Positions 51,437 through 64,000 of a stretch of DNA of 64,000 nt are shown one piece after another. Made by a program: the position numbers and the translations under genes. The notes under the pieces are model-generated. The model was not told the DNA's origin. It made no database searches and was given only the letters and a program-made list of their open reading frames with translations. How positions within the stretch are numbered: the stretch's first letter is position 1; each line of letters opens with the position of its first letter. Where the stretch lies: positions 5,518,001 through 5,582,000 of the forward strand of contig JBHGNT010000006.1 in the NCBI GenBank assembly GCA_043228905.1. The letters run 5' to 3'. Origin of the DNA: Azolla caroliniana (Eukaryota > Plantae > Polypodiophyta).

Positions 51437-53559
51437 CTATGACCAATATTCTATATTAGAAATATTGGGTCTCATAGGGTTGTTAAAATCAAAGAACACT
51501 AAATTATTTCCCTTAACAACACCTCTAATCAATAATTGTTAATCCGTATTTATGGGAGTCTGAGGGTAACTAGCTCTCTTCATTAAAGCTATGAACATTA
51601 CTAGTTGATCATCTCTTGATTTATCCAATCAATTCCTACATATATAATACATCATAAAGAGGGAATCATCATCATCAAACAAGCCCCATGCTAACCAATT
51701 TCGGTGACGTGCATTTCACATAAAACTATTAGGAATAGCTAAGAAACTTCTACACAAATTATTGGTACCTTTTGGGAGACATCCATTTGTTATTGATCTT
51801 CACTATGTATATCAAGTGCCATATTCAATTTTGTATTGCACAATATAGTGCACTTTTAAAAAACTCGTACTCCATGAGTAGCATCTTTGTCACCAATTGT
51901 TTCTTTGTCACCAAAATAACTTTCATATTAGTTAAAGTTTCGTCATTTTGTTTATCCGCCTCATTTGGATACTTCCACGAATCCATTACTTCAAGGTCTC
52001 CAAATATGCAACTCCATCTAAACTTCGTCCTTAATCAAAACCTTCCCTTCTAGAGTAAAGAGTTGGAACAATTTGACAATGGATATGTGATACTTCTTGT
52101 ATCTTTTTTATGCTTCATCAAGTTAAATCTTGAACCCCATATGTGAACATGACAAGCAGAGGTTTCCAAAAGTTTTGACAATGCATTTTGTAGCGATAGT
52201 TAATCAGTTGCATGTGTTAGAATCATAATCTAAGATCATTCACTCTTTCAAATTTGAATTTGTAGGTGGTTATGTCGTTAACTTGAATTCAAATTCCTTT
52301 CGTCATGACCAGAAAATTGATGTTTCTTTGTCGTTGTGTCACTACGGGTAGGTGCATAGTCAATTTGAATTTGAATGATATCCATCTCAAAAAGATGATG
52401 TCTTTTAACAAGCAACCTTTACGAAGAGATAAAAACAACCAAAATAAAATGGTAAACACACGAAAATAAGGAAAAAGTTGTTATCATTGTAAGGTGAAAA
52501 AAGCTCTTTCCCACACTACAGACAATACATAAACTACTTAAATGCTTTTGTTGATGCTGCATTTTCATTTATGAATGTGGTGGTTGATGCTACATTTTCA
52601 TTGAAGGTGCAAAATACTCTATACATTTTTCTAATTAATATAAATTATCTGCACACGATTGAAATATGATTAACAATTTTCTAAGCTTCATCTTAAGCAT
52701 AAAATTGTCCCTCGAGGAGAATAATTGGTTTAAAAAATTATGCACTCTATTTACATTTGGCTTATCCATAGAAACTTTTGCAAGCATAACGTTCAACATA
52801 TTCTATAACTTGCTACCCTACATGCGGGCGACTCAAATCTAGAGGGAAACTTAATATATTCTATGTTCCTAGAATCCTAGTAAAACATTGAAGTTTTCAG
52901 TTCACATGAGAAGGAATAGTTTTACGTGCCACCAAATTCCTATCCTTTAAAATTGCTTGGTCTCTCTATGAAATCTCATAAAAAAATAAAAAAATATGAA
53001 GATGAGCATGTTTCTTCGCCATGCAGCTACCACATCATGTTTCTCAATTGTCTTCTTACAATAGCCTAAATCAATAGTGTGGGCTGCTCCTCAAAAAACA
53101 TAATCAAAGCATTCGGGAAATGATAGAATAATGTGTGCAATGTTAGAGACACCAATGAAAAAGTTCTACATATTGCCAGTCAACTAGGCTAGCAAAAATA
53201 ATACCTTTTGTTTATCACAAGATCCAGACTCCCCCACTCCCCACATGATTCAGACTCTCCCAAACCCCCACCCCCACCCCTCATGAAGAAAATAATTGAC
53301 CACACTTTTCACAAAGTGGGAGGTCTCCTACTTAGCTACGCAAGAAAAGTTGTAGCTGCCACTTCTCGTTGGAACCAATGATCCAAGGGGGGGGGGGGGG
53401 GGGCAGCATCGGCCTGAAGATTCGGATTGAAGCATGGGAGGGAAGTGGGGGAGAGAAGAGATGAGAAGGGGTGTGTGTATAAGGCTTGAAGCGCATTACT
53501 AGCGAATCGGTATGGGCGTGCAAGGAGACCGATGCATGTGTAGATGATGGATGGATGAT

Positions 53560-53707
53560 ATTGGGTACCCATGTTCAAGTGGTTGGTTGGTTAGTTATTG
53601 GGTACCCATGTTCAAGTAGTTGGTTGGTTAGCTATCGGGTACCCATGTTCAAGTGGTTGGTTGGTTAGCAATTGGGTATCCATGTTCAAATGGTTGGTTG
53701 GTTAGCT
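53560..53707. repeat. 37-bp tandem repeat x4
   Basis: attgggtacccatgttcaagtggttggttggttag.. at 53560, 53597, 53634 and 53671. Confidence 0.92.
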
Positions 53708-53786
53708 AGTTCTAGTTTAGTTTTAGTCACTTGAGTGAGAGTAGAAGGGAGTTAAGTTTAAGGGGCGAGCTCTTTTTCTTTTAGTG

Positions 53787-53791
<5 letters not shown>

Positions 53792-53817
<26 letters not shown>

Positions 53818-54280
53818 ACAAATATGTAAATAAAAGTAGATAGAAAGATCATACATACACGTATATAAATCAAAAAAGTAAATACGAAGGCGGCCCTTAA
53901 AAACGCTGCAGGCGGTCAGGGGTACGAATTCGGCTCAGCCCCAGCCCCCCCCCCCCCCCCCCCCCGGCTCCGCTAAAAAAAAGCCGACGCCGTCACATTT
54001 GGCGGCGCCGCTAATTGTAGCCCCTGGCCGCAAAAAAAAAGAAACGAGCCGAAGCCCTCAGATTTGGCGGTTGCCGCTACTTGTAGCCGCCGCCCCCTCC
54101 CCTCCCTCTGCTACATTTTAGCGACCAGGCGCTTAGCCGGACGGACGTTAAATCTAACGGTAGGATTTTGACGGCCGGGGGGGGGGGGGGGTCTTCAGTC
54201 CTGACCTATGTATTATGTACATACCTAACCTAACCTACCTACATTCAGCCTTTTGGAAGCGCCGTCAAATGTAGCAGAGA
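53792..54280. other. GC-rich island with G/C homopolymers and inverted repeats upstream of the DUF620 gene
   Basis: G-run 53792-53817, C-run ~53946-53965, G-run ~54177-54191. ggtcagg/cctgacc inverted ends at 53914/54206. ctctgctacattt/aaatgtagcagag inverted pair. Confidence 0.55.
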
Positions 54281-54760
54281 TTTCTCCCCCTTCCTTTTCA
54301 ATGCCTTTCAATTTGCTTTCCTTTCTTTTTTTCATTCATTCATTCGTTTTGTGTGTATGTTATAAACTTTATATATATATATATATATGTATATACTCTG
54401 CTCCCCCATCCCTGCTTTTTAATCTTCGCTTTTTCCCCCTTGCACTCTGTCTCTGCTTTCTTCCTGGTGAGAAGGAGACAGGGTGTTTTTTTGGTCTTTC
54501 CTGTAGACAAAGAAAGAACACAGCTAACTGGAGATTTTCTTGATTTATGCACATTCACATACATATATTGCCTTTCAAGCAAACACAAAATCAGCAGGAG
54601 GAGGAATAGCTTTTACTTGAAGGCCAAAGCTTCAATGGGCCTCTCTCTGTCAACAACCCTTCTTACCATAAAAGGATTCCCGCTTCTTTGTTATTAGCCC
54701 CAAGGAAAAGCTACCTTTTTGGGTACGATTAACTGTGCTGATTCTAATCTCAGCAACCCA

Positions 54761-57085
54761 ATGGCTTCTCGAATGATGATCTTGAAGAAGAAGCAAGCAA
54801 TTGGATTAGAAGAAGAAGGGGAAGCAGAAGAAGAGTTTAAGATCATGCAAAGCTACTGTGGATTCAGTACTCCTCTGAGTCCGTTAATGGAAGGTCCAAC
54901 CCCACAGAGATTTGAGAATGTGGGTGTTATGAGAAGAGGTCAAGGGAGGTGGGGATGGCTGAGATTGGGGCAATTGCTTGGATATCCTCATGGTAATAAG
55001 CCAACCTACTTATCGACTTCTCCGAGAGGCTTATCAATCAGCTTGAGAGGGATATTATCGATCCGAGGCACACCTCCCGACCGCTCTGATCTATGCCTCT
55101 TATTGGGTGTTCTCGGTGCCCCACTCGCCCCAATGCCCACCTCCTCATCCCATCCCATCCCATCCCTTTCATTCAAGACCATTTCCATGGTAAGGACCCC
55201 ATTATCTTCATTTACATACATTCAATGGACTCAATTATCAATTATAACCATCATCATGTATGCATATTTAATGGGCTTCCCTCATGCATTTTAAACTGAC
55301 ATTAATTTCGTTTCAACTGGCACCCATTTCATGCTTATTAAGATCCTTTTGTACACTTAGATTAGTTCAATTACTAAGAAAAGCCCCACACATATTGATT
55401 TGGTGTTACGGACCCTCCCCTCAGGCGACCTCATCAGCACAATACATTATCCAACAATACATTTGTGCAACAGGCGTTTTGAAGCTCGGTAATGTGCAGA
55501 ATTTGTATGCCATGGGAAGAGTGAAGATGTTGGCATCAGAGTTCGAGGCTGCGGCAGCAGCAACCATACACATGGCCAAGGCCAAGAGCTCGTGGCGTGC
55601 GGCTGAATCTGGATGTTTTGTGTTGTGGCAAATGGCCCCAGACATGTGGAATGTAGAAATGGTAGTCGGTGGTAGTAAAGTTGTGGCCGGGAGCGATGGA
55701 CGGCTCATCTGGAGGCATACTCCGTGGCTTGGCTCGCACGCTGCCAAGGGGCCCGTTAGACCCCTCCGACGAGCCTTGCAAGTAAGGGAATCTCTTGAAT
55801 TAATCGACTCGCCAGGCTTAAATGCGAGAGTGTCATGTTAGAATAGCATGGTTTTTGCTATGAGGATTGTGAGTGGTTAGATTGCAAGATTCTAAGTGTT
55901 GAATTTACTGGATTGTTTGTGGGTAAATTCATTTGGAAAAACCAAGTGAGGAATTAAACTGGAAACCTTGGTGGATAATTTGATGTGGGAAGAGTATATG
56001 CTTAGATGGATTCTGATTGTTGGCAGGGGTTGGATCCAAGGCTGATAGCAACCATATTTTCGCGGGCGCGATGCATTGGCGAGAAAAAGATACGGGGAGA
56101 GGATTGCTTCATCCTGAAGCTATCAGCCGATCCAGGAACTCTATCAAGCCGGAGCGAGGGACCTGCCGAGATAATACGCCACATAATGTCGGGATATTTC
56201 AGCCAAAAGACTGGGCTGCTGATCCAGTTGGAGGACTCCCATTTGACCAAGATTCAGGCTACATCAGCTGAGGAGGCTGTATTCTGGGAAACCAACATAG
56301 ACACTAGTGTAGAAGAGTACCGAGCTGTGGACGGCATCAGTGTAGCACACTCGGGCCAGACAACAGCTACCCTGTTTCGGTTCGGCGAGGCTGCAATGAG
56401 TCATACCAAAACACGGCTTGAGGAGGAGTGGGTCATCGATGAGGTGGCTTTCGGCGTGCCCGGCTTGTCGTCCGACCTTTTCATCCCACCTGCTGATATC
56501 GTTCGCATTGATCCACGTGGTGACACCAGGCCTGATGAAACGACCAACCGTAGACGGGCTCGTGGTGACAACAGGCCCGATTGTCCATCGCGTGTTAGGC
56601 GAACACGCGGTGCTGGGCCCGACCCATCCAGTGAGAGCTGTACACGTGGCGTTGAGCTCAATACATCCAACGAGGGGTTGACATGTGGCAATTGTGGGGA
56701 GGTGAATGAACCCGATTTGTGCAATGAGAGTACAACATGTGTCGGAGGGAACAATTTCGATGATCCGAAATCCAATGAATGGCGGGCATGCAGTAATCGG
56801 AAAGAGGTCTTGGGTGGGGCGGTAGCATCGAATGAGAAGTTGTTGACGGGTGGAGGAGGGCACCGGGAATTTTTAGCTTGCAATGAGAGGCCAGCAGTTA
56901 GTGGACATGAGAGACAAACACTTGGGTTTGCTCTGTCTTCCGGTCAGAGTCGGACGCGTGGTTACGAAAACAACGGCATTAAGGCATACAATGAGAGATC
57001 AAAACTTGACAAGGTGGGAAATCCTTGCAAGACCAGACATGGTGACCTTTGCCTTGACAACATCATTTGGAGGGTGGAGGTCTGA
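54761..57085 (+). CDS. DUF620-family plant protein (3 exons, ~614 aa) with a repetitive C-terminal extension
   Basis: Exons 54761-55189, 55425-55781, 56027-57085. Motifs: LSPLMEGP, DLCLLLGVLGAPLAP, TSSAQYIIQQY, WRHTPWLGSHAAKGPVRPLRRALQGLDP, GYFSQKTGLL, VPGLSSDLFIPP. Confidence 0.92.
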
Positions 57086-57473
57086 AGGTGACTATATACA
57101 TACACCAAACACATACCCAACACACACACACACACACATATATATATGGCCACTTGGGTTTTAGGATTTGGAGAATATTATTAATGTAAACCAGAAACAA
57201 ACATTTGAAATCTCTTCATGTGGATACATTTTATTTCCATATTGTGTAAAATATATGCTGAATTGGATGTGTATTGCCCCAAACTTTTGACAAAACTTCC
57301 AATAATTTTGAAACACAACACCATACATGTCTCTAAGGACTTGCCTTCAACCCACAACTTTCCAATTGCACAAAGCTTTACCACTACACCACTATGTTTA
57401 TATATTTCAATCTTAGAATTTCAAGTATATTTAACTTATAACTTATAAGGTGACACTCTCACATTGTGTGCCA

Positions 57474-57646
57474 TCAACATGACATGCTTAGCTATTCATT
57501 GGCTTGCTACAAACTAACATACTAACCTCTCCTCTCAAGCAATCAAGCAATCAATAGTTTCTGCACTGTGTATCAACATTACATGCTTAGCTGTTCATTG
57601 GATTGCTCTCAAACTAACATATTAACATCTCTTCTAAAGCAATCAA
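57474..57646. repeat. Diverged ~100-bp tandem duplication
   Basis: tcaacat(g/t)acatgcttagct(a/g)ttcattgg..aaactaacata..aagcaatcaa occurs twice. Confidence 0.75.
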
Positions 57647-59634
57647 CTGTCTAACACTTCCACACCAAATGTTTCGTTGCCAACAACAATTAGGACATAA
57701 TAGTGGAAGTGTAGTACAAAAGGCAAAAAATGGTGATGTTGCTTTTGTTGCCTAGTGTGAATGGACTTCCAAAAAGCAAAAAACTTTAGTTGGATAACTT
57801 TATTTTTCTTCTCATGCCTAAATATGATTCATAATGCCAAATTTACTATTAAATGAGAATTCAATGTTCTTTGAGTGCAAGTTTTGCGCTCAAAAGGATA
57901 TTCAAGGTTATGTCCATTAGTCTATTTGTTTGTCCTGGATCATATTAATCATTTGTTGGATTACAAGTTTTGTCATTGTCTCATCTTTGTCATAGCCTAT
58001 TATTTTCTGTCATCATCCGAAATCCCCAAGTCTCTTATTTGAACCAAGGTTCCTATGGATTTAGGCACCATTGGTAGAAAAAGGTGCACATTGAAAACAT
58101 GGTTGAAAGCTACTTTTTATCATCATAGAAATTGGTAACAACAATTGCATTCCTATCTCTCTTTACCTTTTCACATCGAATAAGTAACTAATCAAAATAC
58201 CAGAAAGCTATGACTCTTTCACCCGAAATATTTCATCTATCAAGGTACTTCCCTAGGCATAAAATTGCGTGGCCAAAGCTACACAACATATTGTTATTGA
58301 TAAAGAAATGCTGTACTATCTATCACATCTCTTTATCTTTTTCACCAATAAAGAAATGATGTACCCTTTGTCATCTCTTTACCTTTCTACATTATCTTTT
58401 CTCCTTTACATAAAGAACTAATCAAAACAAAAGTGATGTATCTTCTATTCTACCTCGAGGGTACTTCCTAGACAAAAAAAATAGTGTGTTAGGAGATGTA
58501 AAGACGAGAAATTATTACTCTACCTAGAAGCACTAGCCCACATGTTTACTGTAAATCATTCCAAAGTTTTTAACATTACTTAAATGTTTGTTTAAGTAAT
58601 TGATAGCCAAAAGATAATATTTGACCCTTGGTACTTTAGCTTCATCAATTTAAGTAATGGATAAATAAAAGATAATATTTGGCTCTAGCCTAAAGTTGGA
58701 AAAATATTTGAAAAGATCAAGAAAACGAAAAGAATTGGAAGTGCCAATGGTCAAGCTAAAGACCATGGTTGCTTCCATAATTCATCCATTGAAATTCTTG
58801 TAAGTAGATTTAGGCAATGTGGGCTCAATCCTCATTGGGTGCACCATGGATACAAACATTATGTTCACACTAGTTCATGCAATGAAGGGGATACCTCCCA
58901 ATAGAACGGTTTGTGAAAAGGACTTCACATTTGTCTATTTCTTCAAAAAATTGAAGTGCTTACAAGCTACAAAAAGCGGGTTAAATAGAGCACTCTTGAA
59001 ATAACCAAAATATCAGTTTGCCTTAATCTTGGAATTTACAAGATGCATTTCCTACTCTACGATAATTGAGCAAACCAAGAACAGGGGTAAAAATACCCAC
59101 AACATGACCATGTGATTATACCTACAATACTAGATAATTGTGTTCTTGATGACATACCTAAGGTACATTGGGTCCACAAAATATATATATACATATGTCC
59201 AAAAAAAGAGCAGTTTCAATCATAAAGTTGCCAAGTGGTCATACAAGCCAATAGAATCCTTGTTTGTAATTCTTACACCCAAGCTCATTTATTATGTGAA
59301 AGAAACATACACATGGAACATATTGGAGAAGAAAAAGAAATTTTACTGTCATGTTCACATAAGCATCACGCCATCACCAAATTTCATTTTGAGCAGTTTC
59401 AAAACCACTGAATTAGGCAAGACAAATATTGGGCTAACCAACCCACAAATTATGTGGCTGACCAAAAATTGTATCACCATCCAAACAGCACAAATTTAAA
59501 GGCGTGATAGATCATCGTATTGATTGTATTTGTTAAGAGATTCTGTATATATAGTATACTTAGTAGCTGTTCGAATTCCATTTATTTATATTATACAATG
59601 TGGAGGTTGTGTATGTGAAAACAAATACAGACCA

Positions 59635-60722
59635 TCAAATATTTCCCTCTAAAGGAGCTCTCTTATGACTTGCTGTAACAATTTCTCCATCATGATCAGC
59701 ATCATACCGTTGAATAACACGGCGAGCCTCTTCTTCAGTAGCAGGGACGACTTTCCGAACCATGAAACCAGGCTCAGTTGTTGCCTCAGAGTGAAGCGTG
59801 AAAGTAAAATAGAAAGTGTTTGATACCTGAAACAGCAATAAACCACATACTAAATATGCCTGAAAACTAATTTTAGAAGTGTAAAGACAGTAGGATATTC
59901 TACATAAAGAACAAGTTTTTAAATGGTTAGATACTACTAAAATTCTTAATATGTAGACTATAAACTTAATATAAGTATGTGAAAATATGTGATGTCGCTC
60001 TAACCTCACTTGTCCGACCCTCTGGACGAGTAACATGTGCCACCACTTCGACATTGATGAGGGGTTTATTTGGATCATCCAGTTCAGTATACAGGACACA
60101 AGACTTGAAACGAAGAAAGTCACCCACATCCACCTGAGGTACATTTTCAACAATTCACATTAAATATCTAGTTTCTTCCTACTATTTCCTTTAACTTCTT
60201 ATCATTGGACATTAACAAGCAGCTTAAATTCCTTTTCACTTACTGGCCTAAGAAAGTCGATGCGATCAACCTCTATAAACAGTGGTCGACGACCTACAAA
60301 TAAATAGCAAGTTGAAAAGGCAAGTTGATATGCCATTCGCATAAGGAACCCTCCAAATATACGACCATGTATATTCCTTTGTTGGGGCTGACAAATGTAG
60401 ACATTTTCAAGGATAGTGTCACGAATCAATATATTATTTTTGTCAGCTAACGCTGGCATATCCGTCAAGACTCGACCTTCAGCTAGCAATGCTTGTTGCC
60501 TCTCGAAATCTTGTGGAGATTTGCCGCCCTTAGTAGTAGCATTATCTTGCATTCTTCGTTTCTTCTGCCACTCATCATACTGTTGTTCATCAGCATATAG
60601 AATTTTTTCTTCTTCAGTCTGGGGAGCTAGCTGATTGATGGGTGCTGCTTTACCTGTCTTTGAGTCACGTGCTACAAACCTGAAATTTGCCACGAGTGCA
60701 ACAGCGTTCTCCTCAAGGCCCA
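59635..60722 (-). CDS. Acyl-CoA thioesterase 9-like double-hotdog protein, last three exons (5' exons not identified in the window)
   Basis: Exons 60722-60244, 60133-60005, 59826-59635. ANFRFVARDSKTGKAAPINQL, CQPQQRNIHGRIFGGFLM, VDRIDFLRPVDVGDFLRFKSCVLYT, SNTFYFTFT..VVPATEEEA. Confidence 0.9.
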
Positions 60723-62507
60723 CTGTTAGGTCAAGCTCCAGTCAGAAAGAAACAGTATAATCATGTATTGTTTTCTTACGTTGGTTTGTCATCTGGCACC
60801 GGCATTCTTGGCATTACTCTTGGTCAAGTTCCATTTTCATGCATGAAATAAATGCTTGAGAATATTTTCTTTACCAATCAGCTGGTTCTTTCACGCATAA
60901 AATAATAGGAAACTATGAGAAAAACACATCTAATTTATAGATGAAAGAACCGAAAGTTCCTATGGAAAAAAGTATATCAGAATCAAAGGTGGCTCAGGTT
61001 TCGTTCTAGGATTATTATTCTTTGTGGGTCAAATATGGCACGTGGGAAGGGTTCGTGCACCTGCAGACGAGTTTGACGAAAGGAATTGATCTTGATACCA
61101 AACTCGTCCTTTCAATGACTGCCCTTAATCAAAGAATCAGACGCCCATTTTCTGGATGCTGAACACAAATGGATGGGTGACATTCTATTGGCAATAGAAG
61201 CACATCACATTATGGCACCAGGAATCTAGTAGAAAATGTAAAATTTCTATCAGACTTCATTTCCTACATAAATATTTACAACCACCAAGTTCAAAACCAG
61301 TACTTCAGTGAATTGAGGCCACCTTTTCCTGAAAACTAGCTCTAACACATTAAAAGCCTTTTGTTCTGGTCTCACTATCTAAGATGTACGATTTCAATTT
61401 GAACTTGTGTTTTTCCTACATTACATCCGTGAAAAGTTGAGTTGGCCAGCCCAGACTCATATTGGGTTCGCCTCCGTCAGCCTTAACCATATGGTCACTA
61501 AGCCATTTGCCAACTAGTTGGAAATATTCATCCTGATTTAGAATTATATATAGCAGATTACATCAGAATCCTAATAGAGAGTTTCATAAGGACTGCAAAT
61601 GAATGGCTGGTTCATCCATCATCAATGGGAGTCTAAAATAATATGGACATGCAATTAACGGTGAATGTGGAAATTTCTTGATTGCTTAGTTGCATTTTTT
61701 CTCTGCTTGGTGAAACATACCTTTATGTTGATGTATCCCTTCTCACATTTATTAATGGTGAAGATGGTCAATCTCCAGAAGTTGCAAGAAAGCATATAAA
61801 CCAAAAAGACGCACCAATATGTACTCCAACCATAGAGAGAATGAAGAGGCAGAGATTCTAACAGCAAAACTCTTACTGAACCAGCAGCCATAACCCTTAG
61901 TTGTCTGATGTCGTATTTGCAAGGAAGTGCAAGGGGATAATATAAGATGAATGAATAGAAAAAAAGGGAATCATTGCAGGCCTACTGTCTACTCATCAAA
62001 CTTACCAATATAATGAATTGGCAATTTGCTGCAGTTAGCCAGCAGGTGGGGAATGTGATAGGTTAATGACAGCAGAACGAGCATCAAATTATTTAGACAA
62101 TTTGGTGTATCTAATCAGTAAATCATCACACATCTAATAGATTGATATATTTGAACCAAAAAAAGAGATTGTAAGTTGACACTGAACACAAAAACTCGTT
62201 GATAGATAAGCCAAGGTGGTTGATTGCCTATAAGGATAACTAAATCTACGTGAAGCTAACCGGTTCAATGATAAAAGCACAGAGTAGCTCTGTAAGCTAC
62301 CACAAAGAACAATGATAGAGAAAATACAATGGGAATAAAGAGAATCACATGGTGTGCGCAATTAAGTACGGTTTGGGCTTGCAGACATATCTGCAGAATG
62401 TCTAGAATTTACCTAATGAGAAAAATGGAACACGAATAATTCAACTTAAGAGTGATAAAAACCTGCCTTTAGAAGATTAACTTGATTTCATCTTTCATAG
62501 TTTTCAG

Positions 62508-62740
62508 CATAGTATGAACTATACGTACCATATGTGCATGCGCATTCGAGAATGTTTCAATCATTTGAGTATAGTAAACACCCTCGAAGTATGGTAAATA
62601 CCATACTTTTGTATTCATTATTTATTATAAGGTAAAAAGTGTAAAAAAAACCATAAGAATGTTTTGATAACATACACATTCGTTTGAATTCGTATGAAAA
62701 AGAATGGTTGCCAATGCATTTGAGTATATTAAGTACTATG
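62508..62740. mobile_element. hAT-type MITE, same family as 49790-50073
   Basis: catagta...tactatg termini. catagtatgaactatacgtaccatatgtgcat matches the reverse complement of 50041-50073. Flanks gttttcag / gttttaac (6/8). Confidence 0.65.
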
Positions 62741-62748
62741 GTTTTAAC

Positions 62749-63773
62749 CATAGATTGACATATTCGCATTCGTGGGGCCTGCACCACGAATCCATACGAA
62801 TAGGAATACGAATGCATGTAAATGTATTCATTTTCTTTTTTTTAAAAGTAGAAATAAAAAATAAAAAACTGTTTTTTTCCTGTGAGCGAGTGAGGAAGCC
62901 TCACCCTACTCCCTCCCTGTCCGTGCTGCCCTCACTTCCCTCTGCATATTGTTCTCGGCCAGAAAATTAGGGTTTCGGCTGAAAACCCTAATCTATGTCT
63001 TTCGACAATATTATTTCTTTCTTTTGAGCCCACGTCCGTGACTCCCTCTCATGCTCTATTCTAATCCTACATCCTGTTCTCAGCTCCAAACTCAGGCTTT
63101 CACTAAAACCCTAAGTTTAGCTAAGTTTAGTAGAAGCCCTAATTAATTAACTAATATTTTTCAATTAATTAATTACTTTTTTAATGAATTAAGATATGTC
63201 TACAGTATTAGTAAATTAATTAATGTATTAGTGAGTCAATTAATGTTTAAGTGAATTAATTAATTATGATATTAGTGAATCAATTAATGTTTAAGTGAAT
63301 TAATTAATTATGATATTAGTAAATCAATTAATGTTTAAGTGAATTAATTAATTATGATATTAACGAATCATTTAATGTTTTAAGTGAATTAATTCATTAT
63401 GATATTAGTGAATTAATTAATTATGATATTAGTGAGTTAATTAATTATTGATGTATGTGTGTATATACATATATGAGTGATATATGTGTGTGTATACACA
63501 TGTATGTATGTGTGTATATGTATATATCATATACATATGTATGTATGTATATGTATATATCATATACATATGTATGTATGTATATGTATATATCATATAC
63601 ATATGTATGTATGTATGTGTATATATATATATACATATATCATATATGTATGTGTGTACATGTATATGTAAACGAATGGTTTTATAATATTCTTGGGGCC
63701 GTTTTATATTCTCGAATATTGCGAATATTGCGGATGTCGAATACCACGAATATTACGCATGGGTCAATCTATG
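62749..63773. mobile_element. Non-autonomous hAT element (1025 bp)
   Basis: Perfect 11-bp TIR catagattgac / gtcaatctatg and perfect 8-bp TSD gttttaac (62741-62748, 63774-63781). Subterminal attcg/cgaat repeats. Confidence 0.88.
63215..63670. repeat. ~44-bp AT-rich tandem repeat (x4-5) followed by a (TATG/TA)n 30-bp compound repeat inside the hAT element
   Basis: ttaatgtttaagtgaattaattaattatgatattagtgaatcaa units at 63215-63445 and tatatatcatatacatatgtatgtatgta units at ~63520-63650. Confidence 0.85.
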
Positions 63774-64000
63774 GTTTTAACTTTTCAGTATTATCACAAT
63801 GTCATCATTCTGTGGCGGTTACTGGGGAATACTTATACAATGATGATTGATTCAAAAACTTCGTCTCCTGCAACCTTTTACGTTCATTCCCTCATTAAAA
63901 TATGTTTTACCTTTTTAAACCTCCTCTATCTTCAATACTTATCATTCAATTAGAAGATCTGTTTAAACTTATGTCAGTTCATCCTTGTAGTCTCGGGCAT

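Noticed and set aside
50737-51521. Possible solo LTR (TGTTG...CAACA) ending the Copia RT remnant
   Set aside because: No matching TSD and no second copy in the window. Boundaries are unsupported.
40296-53707. CRISPR-like arrays (70-bp, 37-bp and 35-bp repeats)
   Set aside because: The 70-bp and 37-bp units are head-to-tail with no unique spacers, and the 35-bp copies are irregularly spaced. No cas genes, eukaryotic context.
56264-56883. 199-aa and 160-aa antisense ORFs in DUF620 exon 3
   Set aside because: Antisense shadows of a real exon, with no independent evidence.
63445-63850. Y/M/C/V/I-rich ORFs
   Set aside because: Translations of TA/TATG microsatellite.

Overview
AT-rich, intron-containing plant nuclear DNA. 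A seed-free land plant such as a fern is inferred from the gene set and retroelement type, but this is not provable from the window. Seven protein-coding loci were reconstructed with phase-consistent GT-AG introns: ALKBH6-like dioxygenase (-), YAR1-like ankyrin protein (-), signal peptide peptidase-like protease (+, 14 exons), intronless plastid [2Fe-2S] ferredoxin (+), OTU deubiquitinase (+), DUF620 protein (+), and the 3' three exons of an ACOT9-like thioesterase (-). The intergenic space is layered with mobile DNA: two tail-to-tail LINE 3' ends, an internally deleted Copia whose pol is replaced by a foreign solo LTR, hAT- and Mutator-type MITEs, and an old Copia RT hit by two later insertions. 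The most striking object is a young, full-length 5.9 kb chromodomain Ty3/Gypsy element (43845-49774). It has no tRNA primer site, but it does have an exact 11-nt self-priming duplex, a -1 frameshift signal (G_UUA_AAC plus an H-type pseudoknot), and an antisense tRNA-like Pol III cassette in each LTR that would terminate at its own polypurine tract.
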